A stretch of 64,000 nucleotides of DNA from an uncultured bacterium (GTDB lineage: Bacteria; Patescibacteriota; Patescibacteriia; UBA1558; GWA2-36-10), in NCBI GenBank assembly GCA_903855135.1, contig CAINYB010000027.1:18679-82678 (forward strand). Reading direction: 5' to 3'. The notes under the pieces were generated by a model, which saw nothing but the letters and a program-made list of their open reading frames with translations, ran no database searches and was not told where the DNA came from. Positions 30,007 through 40,021 of this stretch are shown here, piece by piece (position 1 is the first letter of the stretch; every line of letters starts with the position of its first letter). Made by a program: the position numbers and the translations under genes.

Positions 30007-30891
30007 ATGTGGTTATTTTTCTTAATTTTAATTTTAATCTCGTCAAGCTATTTAGTTTGGCTTGTTTGGCAAAAATTACCAAATTTGAGCAATATTAATG
30101 TGGGTAATTTACCAGAGGTCCAAGTGAAAAAAAAGAAAGATTTTATTTTAAAAAATCGTTTAAAAAGAGACTTGGGTAAATTATCTGACTTAGGCCGGGC
30201 AACTCTAGCTCCTACTAAAGATAAAGTTTTTGATTTTTTCAAAGAAAAGTATTCTAAACTACAAGAGCTAGAAAAAGATTTGCGTCGTCGTAGTCATGAG
30301 CAGTTTAATGCCGTGATTACTAAAGCACAAAAGATTGAAAATTTATTATTAGAAGCTAAACAGTTTTTTAATGCTGGTGAGTATAGCAAGGCCGAGGATA
30401 ATCTTTTAGAAGCGCTAGCTATCGATCAATATAGTGTAGAAGTTTATAAACTTTTGGCTGAAGTTTATCGTGCTAAAAAAGAGTATGAACAGGCTAAAGA
30501 AACTTTGAGTTATTTATTGAAATTAACACACAATGAAGATGCTGGTGTGTTTACTTCACTCGCGGAAATTTCTAAAGTCAGAGGTAATTTGAAAGAAGCG
30601 GAAGAAGAGTATCTCAAGTCAATATCTTTATCTGATGAAAATCATTTAAACTTTTTGTCATTAGCTGAAGTGTATTTAGAGCTAGATGATAAAGAGCAAG
30701 CTTTGGCTACTGCGCAAAGATCTTTGTTGTTATCACCAAATAACCCTAAAATTCTTGACTTTTTGATAAATATCAGTATAATTATCCAAGACAAAGAATT
30801 AGCCAATAAGTATTTAGCTAAGCTTAGAGAGGTCAATCCAGAAAATCAGAAGATCGCTCATTTTATTAGCGTGATAGATGAATTAAAATAG
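30007..30891 (+). CDS. Membrane-anchored TPR protein
   Basis: N-terminal TM and TPR-like helical repeats. Confidence 0.85.
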   Translation: MWLFFLILILISSSYLVWLVWQKLPNLSNINVGNLPEVQVKKKKDFILKNRLKRDLGKLSDLGRATLAPTKDKVFDFFKEKYSKLQELEKDLRRRSHEQFNAVITKAQKIENLLLEAKQFFNAGEYSKAEDNLLEALAIDQYSVEVYKLLAEVYRAKKEYEQAKETLSYLLKLTHNEDAGVFTSLAEISKVRGNLKEAEEEYLKSISLSDENHLNFLSLAEVYLELDDKEQALATAQRSLLLSPNNPKILDFLINISIIIQDKELANKYLAKLREVNPENQKIAHFISVIDELK

Positions 30892-30901
30892 TTTTTTACA
30901 T

Positions 30902-30987
30902 GGGTCGGTACCAAAGCGGTCAACTGGGGCAGACTGTAAATCTGCTGGCATCAGCCTTCGGGGGTTCGAATCCCTCCCGGCCCACCA
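30902..30987 (+). tRNA. tRNA-Tyr(GTA)
   Basis: GCAGA-CTGTAAA-TCTGC, long variable arm, CCA. Confidence 0.96.
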
Positions 30988-31150
30988 CTCGACTCGTCGC
31001 TATAAATAGCTCCTCGCTCGTGGTCTTCGACCATTGCTAATAGAGAGCTTTGGGGGTTTATTTTGTAGCCGAGGAGAGTGTCTTGAGCGATCCCGAGCTT
31101 GTCGAGGGAGAGTCGAAAGACATGATATCAAAAATGAAGAAAGAAAAGTG

Positions 31151-31402
31151 ATGAGGAAGTATTATTTTTATTTAGCACGTTGCAGTGATAATACTTTGTA
31201 TGCTGGCTATTGTGCGGATATTAAAAATAGAGAAATAAAACACAATAAAGGAGAAGGTGCTAAGTATACTAAGTATAGAGCCCCTATCAAAATAGTATAT
31301 TTTGAAGAATTTTTGACTCGTTCAGAAGCAATGAAAAGAGAAGCGCAAATAAAAGGTTGGAGTAGAGTAAAGAAAGAAAATTTAATTAAAGGTTTGTTTT
31401 AG
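31151..31402 (+). CDS. Solo GIY-YIG nuclease (UPF0213-like)
   Basis: YYFYLARCSDNTLYAG, HNKGEGAKYT, EAMKREAQIKGWSR; ATG 31151. Confidence 0.92.
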   Translation: MRKYYFYLARCSDNTLYAGYCADIKNREIKHNKGEGAKYTKYRAPIKIVYFEEFLTRSEAMKREAQIKGWSRVKKENLIKGLF

Positions 31403-31409
31403 ACATTTT

Positions 31410-31449
31410 GCCGTCATAGCTTCCCTCGATAAACTTGGGACAAGCAGTG
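31410..31449 (+). pseudogene. Duplicated 5' fragment of tRNA-Thr(GGT) interrupted by a palindrome
   Basis: GCCGTCATAGCT + 23-nt insert + CAGTG equals the first 17 nt of the tRNA at 31468. Confidence 0.7.
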
Positions 31450-31467
31450 TCAGTAAGTTGTTAATAT

Positions 31468-31542
<75 letters not shown>

Positions 31543-31748
31543 TTCGACTACGTTCTGCTTCGCAGAACTTCGCTCACCTCTCGGCCGTGAGCTCGAGGCC
31601 GAACGGTGGCCTTTGGCCACTTTCGTATTTTTGACAAACAAAAGTCGAATGTCCCGAGCGTAGTCGAGGGGCACTCGTGGTCTTCGACCACTTGTATTTA
31701 GCCTTTTCAGGCTATTTTTTTGTATAAAATTATGTTATATATAAATAT

Positions 31749-32630
31749 ATGCCAGAATTACCAGAAGTAGAAACAATTAGACAGGGTTTGAGACAAAATA
31801 TTTTAGCTAAAAAGATTATCGCTGTAGAAGTAAAAAAGAAAAATATTGTCAAAAACCCGAAAAAATATTTTGTTGATTTTTTACAAAATCAGCATTTTGT
31901 TGATGTCTCGAGAATCGGCAAGCTTTTAATTTTTCATTTACAAAATAAAGATTATTTTTTATTGATTCATTTGAAAATGACTGGCCAGCTGATATATCAA
32001 GACAAAAAGCAAACTTTAGCTGGTGGCCACAGTGGACCAAAAATAACGGATTTACCAAATAAATATTCACATGTAATTTTTCATTTTCCGCAAGATGTTA
32101 AATTATTTTTTAATGATTTACGACAATTTGGTTATCTAAAAATAGTAAATCAACAAGACAAAGATAAAATAGTAGCTCAATTTGGCATTGAACCACTACA
32201 AGCAAATTTTACTTTTGCTAATTTTCTATCTATCTTTAAAACTAAGCACCCGAAGGGTGCTTACTTGAAAATACCGGTCAAAGCTTTATTATTAAATCAA
32301 AAACTAATTGCTGGTTTAGGCAATATTTACGTCGATGAAGTTTGTCATCAGGCTGGAGTTTTGCCTCAGCGTTTAGTAAATACCTTAAAAGTAGAAGATA
32401 TTCAAAAGCTTTTTAAAGCTTGCCAAAAAATTATAAAGCTTGCCATTGCCAAAAGGGGAACGACTTTTAGTGATTATCGAGACACAGATGGTAAGGCCGG
32501 AAATTTTAGTGATTATCTCAAAGTTTATGGTCGTGGAGGAGAAGAGTGCCTTACTTGTAGACAAGAAAGCCTGACAAAGATAAAATTAAATGGTAGAGGC
32601 ACTGTTTTTTGCTCAGTTTGCCAACAATAA
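31749..32630 (+). CDS. mutM: Formamidopyrimidine-DNA glycosylase
   Basis: MPELPEVET, HLKMTG, GLGNIY, C-terminal zinc finger. Confidence 0.97.
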   Translation: MPELPEVETIRQGLRQNILAKKIIAVEVKKKNIVKNPKKYFVDFLQNQHFVDVSRIGKLLIFHLQNKDYFLLIHLKMTGQLIYQDKKQTLAGGHSGPKITDLPNKYSHVIFHFPQDVKLFFNDLRQFGYLKIVNQQDKDKIVAQFGIEPLQANFTFANFLSIFKTKHPKGAYLKIPVKALLLNQKLIAGLGNIYVDEVCHQAGVLPQRLVNTLKVEDIQKLFKACQKIIKLAIAKRGTTFSDYRDTDGKAGNFSDYLKVYGRGGEECLTCRQESLTKIKLNGRGTVFCSVCQQ

Positions 32631-32674
32631 CAACTATGACTCCGCCGACAGGCGGAACAGAGTGAAAAAAATTT

Positions 32675-33316
32675 ATGAAACTACAAAAATTAGATTATCT
32701 AAACTATTTAATTATTTTACTGACCATTGGCTTTAGCATTTATTTTTATCCGTTATTGCCAGAAAAAGTTGTGACGCACTGGAATTTTGCCGGCCAAGCT
32801 GATGGCTGGAGTGGTAAAGGCTTTCAAACTTTGTTTTTGCCTATTTTAATGATCACTATCTATGCCTTGTTTCAATTTTTACCCAAGCTTGATCCAAAGA
32901 AGTTAAGCTATACTGATTTTGCACCAGCCTATAAAGTATTTCAATCTATTTTTTTGCTTTTCTTTTTTGCGTTATTTTTAGTGACTAGCTGGTCTAATCT
33001 TGGTGTCAGTATTCCGATTGGCCAGGTAGTTAGTTCTTTGATTGGTTTGATGTTTATCATCTTTGGTGTTTTGATGCCCAAGCTAAAATCAAATTGGTTT
33101 ATCGGTATTCGTACGCCTTGGACTTTATCCAGTGATGTAGTGTGGACCAAAACTCACAATTTTGCTAAATATATTTTTGTTTTGGCTGGTGTGATATTTT
33201 GTTTGATCTCTTATGTGGCAGAGGCTTTGATTTTGCCAGTGATAATAGTTTTGTTGATTTTGATGTTGACGCCAATTATTTACTCTTATTTAGCTTTCCG
33301 TAAATTACCAAAATAA
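32675..33316 (+). CDS. DUF1648/SdpI family membrane (immunity-like) protein
   Basis: LPEKVVTHWNFAGQADGW, NWFIGIRTPWTL..VWTKTH. Confidence 0.9.
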   Translation: MKLQKLDYLNYLIILLTIGFSIYFYPLLPEKVVTHWNFAGQADGWSGKGFQTLFLPILMITIYALFQFLPKLDPKKLSYTDFAPAYKVFQSIFLLFFFALFLVTSWSNLGVSIPIGQVVSSLIGLMFIIFGVLMPKLKSNWFIGIRTPWTLSSDVVWTKTHNFAKYIFVLAGVIFCLISYVAEALILPVIIVLLILMLTPIIYSYLAFRKLPK

Positions 33317-33394
33317 AAATTTTAATAACAACCCAGGCGTCCGCCGGAGCTGTTGTTGTTAATTAGGCTAATATTAGACAATAATTTAATTTAG

Positions 33395-33468
33395 TACCCC
33401 CTCAATCTCCCCAAGATCCCCGCGTACGCGGGGAAGGGGGAGAAGTCGCATAAGCGGCAGAGGGGGTA
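33395..33468. repeat. Family B element with nested CCCCGCGTACGCGGGG hairpin
   Basis: Inverted homolog at 61211-61305. Confidence 0.85.
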
Positions 33469-33608
33469 TTTTATAATTTTAGGCTTTGACAAAAAACTAA
33501 AAACATGCTATAATTCTATGTTATTGTTTAAGGGGTTTGAAGCTTCTTAGGCAACTGGTCTTTGACAAGAAAGCAAGAAAAAAGAGCATAAAAACGGAGG
33601 ACGGAACC

Positions 33609-35030
33609 ATGGGAAGCACGCACGCAACTTTTGCTCGGTATTATTGGGACAATGTTCCATATGCTGGGTGGATACTGATTTTCTTCGTGAGCCTAATCAT
33701 CTACAGTAAGGTGGTTAATGGCTTGTGGAGAAGAAATGAAAAAACCAGAAAAGCTGGTTACTGGTTGAAGGGGATTTTCTGGGCATTTTGGTGTCTGGTG
33801 GTGTTGTGGAAGTCTGGCCTTTTCGGCAATTTTCACTTTAACACAAGCAACGCCAATAACCAAACGCTAGGCGTCGGTTTCAGCTGGGGTCCTTGGTCTT
33901 GGGTGAAGTTGGCATTTAGCTTTATCACTTTTGTTCTAGCTTGGCTGTGTTTGCGGACAGCCTTGAAGGCTAGCTTCTTTCGTGACTGGCGTTTTACGAC
34001 AATCAAGGACAAACCATACTGGCATGGTCCGTATTGGCCAGGTGTCATATTTGTACTCGGCTTCTTTCCCTGCCTGATCTGGATGATCTGGTCGCCGACC
34101 TGGTATTTGGTGCCTGTGATGTTGCTTTTCTGGCGTGTAGGCTCTTGGCCGGTCGGTAGGAAAGTAACTGAACGTTGGGTACCGCAGTTTAATGAGTACC
34201 TTTTTCCCACTCAAGACTCAGAAGAAGAGTTTGGTACTTGTTACTTTTATGGTAAGGAAGCACCAGGAATGAATTTATTTCAGCTCTTGGTAGGTATTCC
34301 GTTCTGCTTGCCACTTTCTTCCCTTACAGTTTTATCTTGGGAGAATGTGGATATATCTACTCCAACTGGGTTAATCCCAACTGATGATGGTTCAATGGTT
34401 GATGTTTCTGTAAGGTTGAGAATGTTGACCTGCACTCATCCTTCTACAGTGATCACTCTGTCACCGGACGAAAGACAGTCTTCGGTGGTGGGGTCAGTAG
34501 CCATTGCTATCAACTATGTTCCTGATTTAGTGGCTCGTCTTCCGCAGTTAAATCTTCGTAGCAAGATTGACGAAGACTTTAACCTGCCACAGTATCCTAT
34601 GCCAGTAACCGACCCTCGTAAGCCACCTAAAAAAGAGTCGATGAATGACCGTATCAAAAGAGAGGTGCTCTTAAACAAGGGGCATTTGGTTGTTGGCATT
34701 GACTTTGGTGCTCCTATTCCGGCCAAGGCCATTGCTGAGGCTATGGAACGAGCTAGCGCGGCTAAGCTCAACGAAGGTACCACGATCACCAATGCTCATG
34801 CAGCAGCAAAGGCTTTGGAGATTGACACGGAGGCAAAGGTTGCATCCCAGCAGAAACTCTTCATGGGCGAAGCGGATGTCTTAGTGGAGCGCTCCAAGGC
34901 TGATGGTAAGCCTATTTCTCTGGAGCGTGCCATGGAGATTGTAATTGCTCGTCATCAGGCTGATGCGACTCGCACCGTGATCGCTCCTGGCGTCGGCATG
35001 ACCACTAACATCAACCCACAGCAACCTTAA
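33609..35030 (+). CDS. Orphan membrane protein with divergent SPFH-like C-terminal domain (solo cassette)
   Basis: ACGGAGG SD, ATG 33609; TTGACA-17-TATAAT; TM segments then an Ala/Glu-rich helical tail; terminator at 35051-35082. Confidence 0.65.
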   Translation: MGSTHATFARYYWDNVPYAGWILIFFVSLIIYSKVVNGLWRRNEKTRKAGYWLKGIFWAFWCLVVLWKSGLFGNFHFNTSNANNQTLGVGFSWGPWSWVKLAFSFITFVLAWLCLRTALKASFFRDWRFTTIKDKPYWHGPYWPGVIFVLGFFPCLIWMIWSPTWYLVPVMLLFWRVGSWPVGRKVTERWVPQFNEYLFPTQDSEEEFGTCYFYGKEAPGMNLFQLLVGIPFCLPLSSLTVLSWENVDISTPTGLIPTDDGSMVDVSVRLRMLTCTHPSTVITLSPDERQSSVVGSVAIAINYVPDLVARLPQLNLRSKIDEDFNLPQYPMPVTDPRKPPKKESMNDRIKREVLLNKGHLVVGIDFGAPIPAKAIAEAMERASAAKLNEGTTITNAHAAAKALEIDTEAKVASQQKLFMGEADVLVERSKADGKPISLERAMEIVIARHQADATRTVIAPGVGMTTNINPQQP

Positions 35031-35148
35031 CCCTTCTTGCTTTCTCTCATCGCCAGGCATCCCTCGGGAAGCCTGGCGTTTTTATTTGCTCAAATTTAAA
35101 ATTTATAGTATAATAAATTTAATTTAAAATCATTAAAAAATAAAAATT

Positions 35149-35454
35149 ATGTCAGATCAAGAATTTGATATCTTTAAAGAACTTGGCATGGAAAATTTGC
35201 CAGAAGAGCAAAAGGAAGCTTTGCGTGAGCAGATGCTAGATTTAATAGAAACTCGTTTTAATCGAGCTATTTTGATGGCGATGCCAGAAGAGGATAAACT
35301 AGAGTTTGATAAAATCTTAGAAACAGGTCAAGGTGTAGAAGAGTTTATCCAAGCCAAAGTGCCTAACTATGGCGAAATTCATCGAGAAATTGTCGATGAT
35401 TTAAAAAATGAAATGTTGACTATGCAAGATAAGGTTTTTAAACCTAGTGTTTAA
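35149..35454 (+). CDS. DUF5663-like CPR protein
   Basis: DIFKELGMENLPEEQKE...KVPNY pattern. Confidence 0.75.
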   Translation: MSDQEFDIFKELGMENLPEEQKEALREQMLDLIETRFNRAILMAMPEEDKLEFDKILETGQGVEEFIQAKVPNYGEIHREIVDDLKNEMLTMQDKVFKPSV

Positions 35455-35477
35455 AGCCTTTTTATTTTTTTAAAAAA

Positions 35478-35645
35478 ATGACAGATCAAGAAAAAATCAT
35501 AAAAATAAAAGAAATTTATCAGGATTTTTTAGTTCGTTTAAATGAATTAAAAGAAAAAGCCAATACTCAAACTATGGCTAAGATTCAAGCAATTGAAAAA
35601 CAGAAAATAGAGGATATTTTGAATAAAATTCACAAAGAACTTTAA
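35478..35645 (+). CDS. 55-aa helical hypothetical protein (MTDQEKIIKIKEIYQDFLVRL...), below ORF-track cutoff
   Basis: ATG 35478 to TAA 35645; fills the gap between neighbouring genes. Confidence 0.7.
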   Translation: MTDQEKIIKIKEIYQDFLVRLNELKEKANTQTMAKIQAIEKQKIEDILNKIHKEL

Positions 35646-35649
35646 TCTT

Positions 35650-38600
35650 ATGGGTGACAAAGGAGTAAATATACATAGAACTGGAGAGACTGCTAGGCGT
35701 AGAGTTCCCAAAGAAGATAGTCATAAAAACAGAAAAAGAGTTAGAAATAATATTATAATTGATGATGTAGGGGCAGAAGATTTATCAGATGATCATGATG
35801 ATGGTGTTGTAGAAGAAAATCTAGCTCCTGTGGTTGCCAAAGAAAAAAAGAAAAAAAGTGACGAAGAGTTAGTTGATAATTTTTTATATAGTATTTTTGG
35901 TGACAACGCTAATGAAGCTTTAGAAAAAGATGATTTTTTTCATAAAGAATTAGTTGATCCAATCGCCAAAACAATTTTTGTATTAAAAATACAAAAAGAA
36001 CAAGAGCGTCCAGAGTTAAGTGCTGAATTGTTAGCTTTAGCTCAAAAAGCACAACAAGAATTAAAAACATTAGATGAATCAATAGATTTTTCTAAGCAAA
36101 AATTATTTAATTTTTTAGAAGACTATAAAAAAAGTTTAGATAATTTATTAGCACATAATAATGATAATAATATGAGTACAAAAGAAGAAGTAACTACTCC
36201 AGAAGTAACTACTCCAGTAGTGGAGCGAGCACCAGTAAATGAGGCTGGGGCAGAGAATCCAGTTGAAGTTGCTCAAAATACGCAAGCTAAAATTAGTGAG
36301 ATCACTGACAAAGCGACTACTGAAATTCCTGAGGAAGCTCCAAAAATTAAACAGCTGGCTGATAAAAGTCATAAAGAAATTGATGAAGTTTTAGATGAAG
36401 AAACTGGTAAAATGGTTAAACTTTCTAATCCAGATACAAAAAAAGTTTTGGATAATGTACAGTTAGATGCGGATGCTAATTATGATGTAATGAATGAAGA
36501 TTTTGCAATGCCTAGTAACACTTCAAAAAAAGAAAAAGAAAAAGGAGCTAATCAAAAAGAATCTAAGGCAGAACAGGATTTAGTCGCAGACATAAAAGCA
36601 AAGAGAGAAAAGGAAATAAATACACTTCGTGGTTTAATCAAAATTTTAGAGTCTGCTTATGGTGCACCAGGTGTTGATGGCTGGTCTCAAAAAAAATCCG
36701 CCTTGCAAGAAGCAGCGAGAATTTTACTTAATGAAAAATATGCAACTCTTGCAAATGAGATAACAAAAGATGATTTAAAAAAGAACAAAGCTATTGAAGA
36801 GGCTATTTTAGAAGCAGAAGATAAATTGCGAGCATTAGAAAAAAATGATGCTAACTCTAATGCTATAGAAAATACTGTCGTTGAACCTGCACCAGCGGAA
36901 ACTCCGCCTGTCGTTGAACCTGCACCAATAGCTGAGACAAATCCCGCAGAAACAGATCCAGAATTAGGTCAGAAAAGATTAGATTTTTGGACAGCACTAC
37001 ACAAAAGAGGTAATGTCTGGAGCACCGGAAGATTTTTGGGTATCATGAAACAAAACCAAGAAAAATTAGATGACTTTGAAAAAATTAGAGCTGAATATAG
37101 CGACGCTCAAGCGAAAGAATTAGAGGCGAAGTTGAAAGTTTTTGTTGCTGGCTTGGATCCAAAATTAAGTGAAGCAGATAAAAATTTTGCATTTACACAA
37201 GAGTATGTGAGGCTCAAAAAAGCTGAAGACGAAGAAGTTGATACTATTGCCAAAGGCTTAGGTGTTAGTGGTATGACTAAGTTTAAATCTTTCTGGAAAA
37301 GAACAGCTTTGAAGCGTGGGGCGCTTGGTGCTGGTCTTTGGGCGCTTGGTGCTGTCACTGGAGGCATGGGATTTTTAGCAGCTAAAGTTGGTTTATCTAG
37401 TGTTGGTTCTTATATGACAGCTGAATCCTTTCTTGATACTCGTACAAAATCTTTGGGTCAAAAAAGTTTAATTGATGATTTGAAAAATATTGGCTTCAAA
37501 CGAGGAGAAAAAGCAAAGATTACAGAAAAAGATAAAGATGAAGCCATTAAAAAATTAATGACAGATAAGTATTCTCTCGAAGACTTAGAAAAAGAATGGA
37601 GTCATTTACGTGTTTTAAGTTTAGATAAAAATAAAGGTATCAAAGAGGCGGGACGTTTTGGTGCTGAGCAGAGATTGTTAGTTGAAGCAGTACAAGAAGT
37701 TTATTATTATAAAAAAGCTCAACAATTAGCAGCTGAATTAGCTTCAGGAGAAAATCCAGAAGTAGCCAAGGCGGGAGCTCTAGCTAGCTTTTTAAATTCT
37801 GAAAATAATGCCACAAATACTGCTACTTCAGAGCAAGATAAATCAAGAATGAAAGCTATTAAGCGTAATGTGGTGGCAGCGGGTATTGGTTTGAGTGTTG
37901 GTTGGCTTGCTAGTCAAAGAGTTTTGGATGCAGTAGCTCCTACACCAGAAGTAGATCCAGAGATTCTGCCAGCAGTACCAGTAGTAGAAGAAATACCAGA
38001 CGGACTCGTTGGCAAGGGAGATACTGTTTGGGGTATGATAGCGAGTCATTTAGTTAAAAGAGTGCCAAATTGGGATCAATTAAATGTAGCAGAACAAACT
38101 CGCTATATCGATTATTTTGAAAATAAAGTAGTAGCGAATCCTGGTCAGTTTGGTATTACTGACGTTGATCATTTGAAAGAGGGTACAGCTGTTCATTGGG
38201 GAAATTTATTTGCCGATAAAAATTTAAATGAAGGTTTGGATTGGGTACATAAATTGACGCCAGAAGATATGTCTGCTATCACAGAAAATAATGATATTTT
38301 ACAAAAAGCCGCTGAACATGGCGTTGAAATAACTAGTAAAAATGTTAACGAAGTAATAAGTGGTATAAAAGCTCATGGCTTGGAACAATATTTAGCTGAC
38401 AATGGCTACGCTGCTACTCAAACAGTGATTGAAAATGCACCAGAAGTTGCTGCTACGCAGACTGAAACTGCAACTAGTATTGTTGAGGGTGCGGAAACTG
38501 GTGATGTAGAGACTAGTGGTGTTGTAAGCGAAGTAGCTGAGGCTGGACAGGAAAGCACAGGGCAGGTAGAAACTTTAGAAGATATGGGTGGAGGCGATAA

Positions 38601-39120
38601 GGTTTGGGCTTTTACCCATGATCAGGGATCTTATGATGTAAATATTTTAAAGATGGCTCAAAGAATGGGAGATATATCCAATGATCATGGTCATATGGTT
38701 GATGAAGTGGTTAATAAAGTATTTGAGAGTTCACCAGCAGTTCAAGAACAATTTTTACATGATTTAAGTCCAACTGATTTTACAGAATCTAATAATAAAG
38801 CAGAGGTGTTCCTAAAAATGGTACAAGAATCTGGCCAGAAATTAGCAGAAATTGATTCAATGGATAAATTAAAAGGTTTAGTATCATCTTTTGATCATTT
38901 AGCCCATAATCCTGAATTACCAGTTGGCAAAGCATTTGAGCCTAGACTTATTGTTGGTGAAGACGGTTCAGAGGCATATGTATTTATTAAAAAAATGACC
39001 AGACCAATTGCTGGCTTTGCTTGGAAACCAAAATATATTATTGATGGTTTGTCTGGTGTTACGAAGACAGTGACAGAAACGGTTGCAAAAAATTTATTAA
39101 GTCACAATAATGTTGTTTAA
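35650..39120 (+). CDS. Large (1156 aa) acidic/coiled-coil protein with Gly-rich hydrophobic segments and a LysM-like motif
   Basis: GKGDTVWGMI LysM-like start; short internal repeats EVTTP and VVEPAP. Confidence 0.7.
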   Translation: MGDKGVNIHRTGETARRRVPKEDSHKNRKRVRNNIIIDDVGAEDLSDDHDDGVVEENLAPVVAKEKKKKSDEELVDNFLYSIFGDNANEALEKDDFFHKELVDPIAKTIFVLKIQKEQERPELSAELLALAQKAQQELKTLDESIDFSKQKLFNFLEDYKKSLDNLLAHNNDNNMSTKEEVTTPEVTTPVVERAPVNEAGAENPVEVAQNTQAKISEITDKATTEIPEEAPKIKQLADKSHKEIDEVLDEETGKMVKLSNPDTKKVLDNVQLDADANYDVMNEDFAMPSNTSKKEKEKGANQKESKAEQDLVADIKAKREKEINTLRGLIKILESAYGAPGVDGWSQKKSALQEAARILLNEKYATLANEITKDDLKKNKAIEEAILEAEDKLRALEKNDANSNAIENTVVEPAPAETPPVVEPAPIAETNPAETDPELGQKRLDFWTALHKRGNVWSTGRFLGIMKQNQEKLDDFEKIRAEYSDAQAKELEAKLKVFVAGLDPKLSEADKNFAFTQEYVRLKKAEDEEVDTIAKGLGVSGMTKFKSFWKRTALKRGALGAGLWALGAVTGGMGFLAAKVGLSSVGSYMTAESFLDTRTKSLGQKSLIDDLKNIGFKRGEKAKITEKDKDEAIKKLMTDKYSLEDLEKEWSHLRVLSLDKNKGIKEAGRFGAEQRLLVEAVQEVYYYKKAQQLAAELASGENPEVAKAGALASFLNSENNATNTATSEQDKSRMKAIKRNVVAAGIGLSVGWLASQRVLDAVAPTPEVDPEILPAVPVVEEIPDGLVGKGDTVWGMIASHLVKRVPNWDQLNVAEQTRYIDYFENKVVANPGQFGITDVDHLKEGTAVHWGNLFADKNLNEGLDWVHKLTPEDMSAITENNDILQKAAEHGVEITSKNVNEVISGIKAHGLEQYLADNGYAATQTVIENAPEVAATQTETATSIVEGAETGDVETSGVVSEVAEAGQESTGQVETLEDMGGGDKVWAFTHDQGSYDVNILKMAQRMGDISNDHGHMVDEVVNKVFESSPAVQEQFLHDLSPTDFTESNNKAEVFLKMVQESGQKLAEIDSMDKLKGLVSSFDHLAHNPELPVGKAFEPRLIVGEDGSEAYVFIKKMTRPIAGFAWKPKYIIDGLSGVTKTVTETVAKNLLSHNNVV

Positions 39121-39176
39121 ATAATTTGAGAAAAAATTTAGCCCAGACCCCGTCATGCGGGATCTGGGCGTTTTGT

Positions 39177-39842
39177 TTAACGACTGGATCGTTGGTGTTT
39201 TTCAGCTTCCTTGGCTTCTTGAGCTCTGTTCACAATGCGTTCCCAGGTGTGTTTGTGAGTTTTGCGGGCAAAAGCCTCAAACATCTGGTCTTTGTCTTCC
39301 AGGTCCGAGACTTTACTGCAGAGATATTCCACAGCCTCGCTCTGATCCTCGGGCATCTCATTTGCTAAGATTCCAAGTTCGGTTGCGAGTTGACCGTTTT
39401 CTTGAAGAAGCTGTCCCACGGTTTGCTCAAGCGAATCGAGCCTTTGGCAAGAGGCCAGGGCTTGCTGGGCGATGGTCAAGGCACTGTCAGCTGTGGCTTG
39501 TGCGCGAACGTTGCCGGCCAAAGCCTTGTCCGCTTTGCGTTCCGCTCGATTGGCGGTGGAGTTGGCCGTTGCCACCTTGTCGACTGGCTTGCCGATGCAA
39601 GTCACCTTGCTGTCTTCGATAACGGTGCCGTCGGCGGTGTGGTACTTGCCATCTCGCCACTTCTGGATCGGAATCTTGGTGCCTTCGCAGATGTAGAAGC
39701 ATTGATAGTTGTAGGCCACTACCGCTTTTTCCGTGAAGGTTTGGGTGGCGGCGTGGTTCATCTTCTTATAAGTTTGAGCTTCGGTACTACCGATGCTCAA
39801 GGCAGAGTAGAATAAAACGAGCAATGTCCAGAGCGTTTTCAT
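39177..39842 (-). CDS. Secreted alanine-zipper/coiled-coil orphan (solo cassette)
   Basis: Signal peptide; GGAGGACACCATG; TTGACT-17-TATATT; hairpin at 39141-39169. Confidence 0.75.
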   Translation of the reverse strand: MKTLWTLLVLFYSALSIGSTEAQTYKKMNHAATQTFTEKAVVAYNYQCFYICEGTKIPIQKWRDGKYHTADGTVIEDSKVTCIGKPVDKVATANSTANRAERKADKALAGNVRAQATADSALTIAQQALASCQRLDSLEQTVGQLLQENGQLATELGILANEMPEDQSEAVEYLCSKVSDLEDKDQMFEAFARKTHKHTWERIVNRAQEAKEAEKHQRSSR

Positions 39843-40021
39843 GGTGTCCTCCTTGGAAGCTTGTTGATTTGGTGTGCAATTAACAATGTAATATACCTTA
39901 TTTATAGAAATAAGTCAAGGTTTTGGTTTATTGTTATTGACAAATATTTAAATATCAGGTATTATATGGTGTTTAGAACATTGTCAATCAAGAATCACGC
40001 AAACAAAGGGAGGGTTTGAAG

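Noticed and set aside
31034-31150. N-terminal extension of the GIY-YIG ORF (CLERSRACRGRVER)
   Set aside because: Read-through of nested palindromic repeats; the domain starts at 31151.
39126-39815. Several overlapping ORFs over the 39177-39842 gene
   Set aside because: Shadow frames of a GC-rich gene; only 39842-39177 has a promoter, SD and signal peptide.
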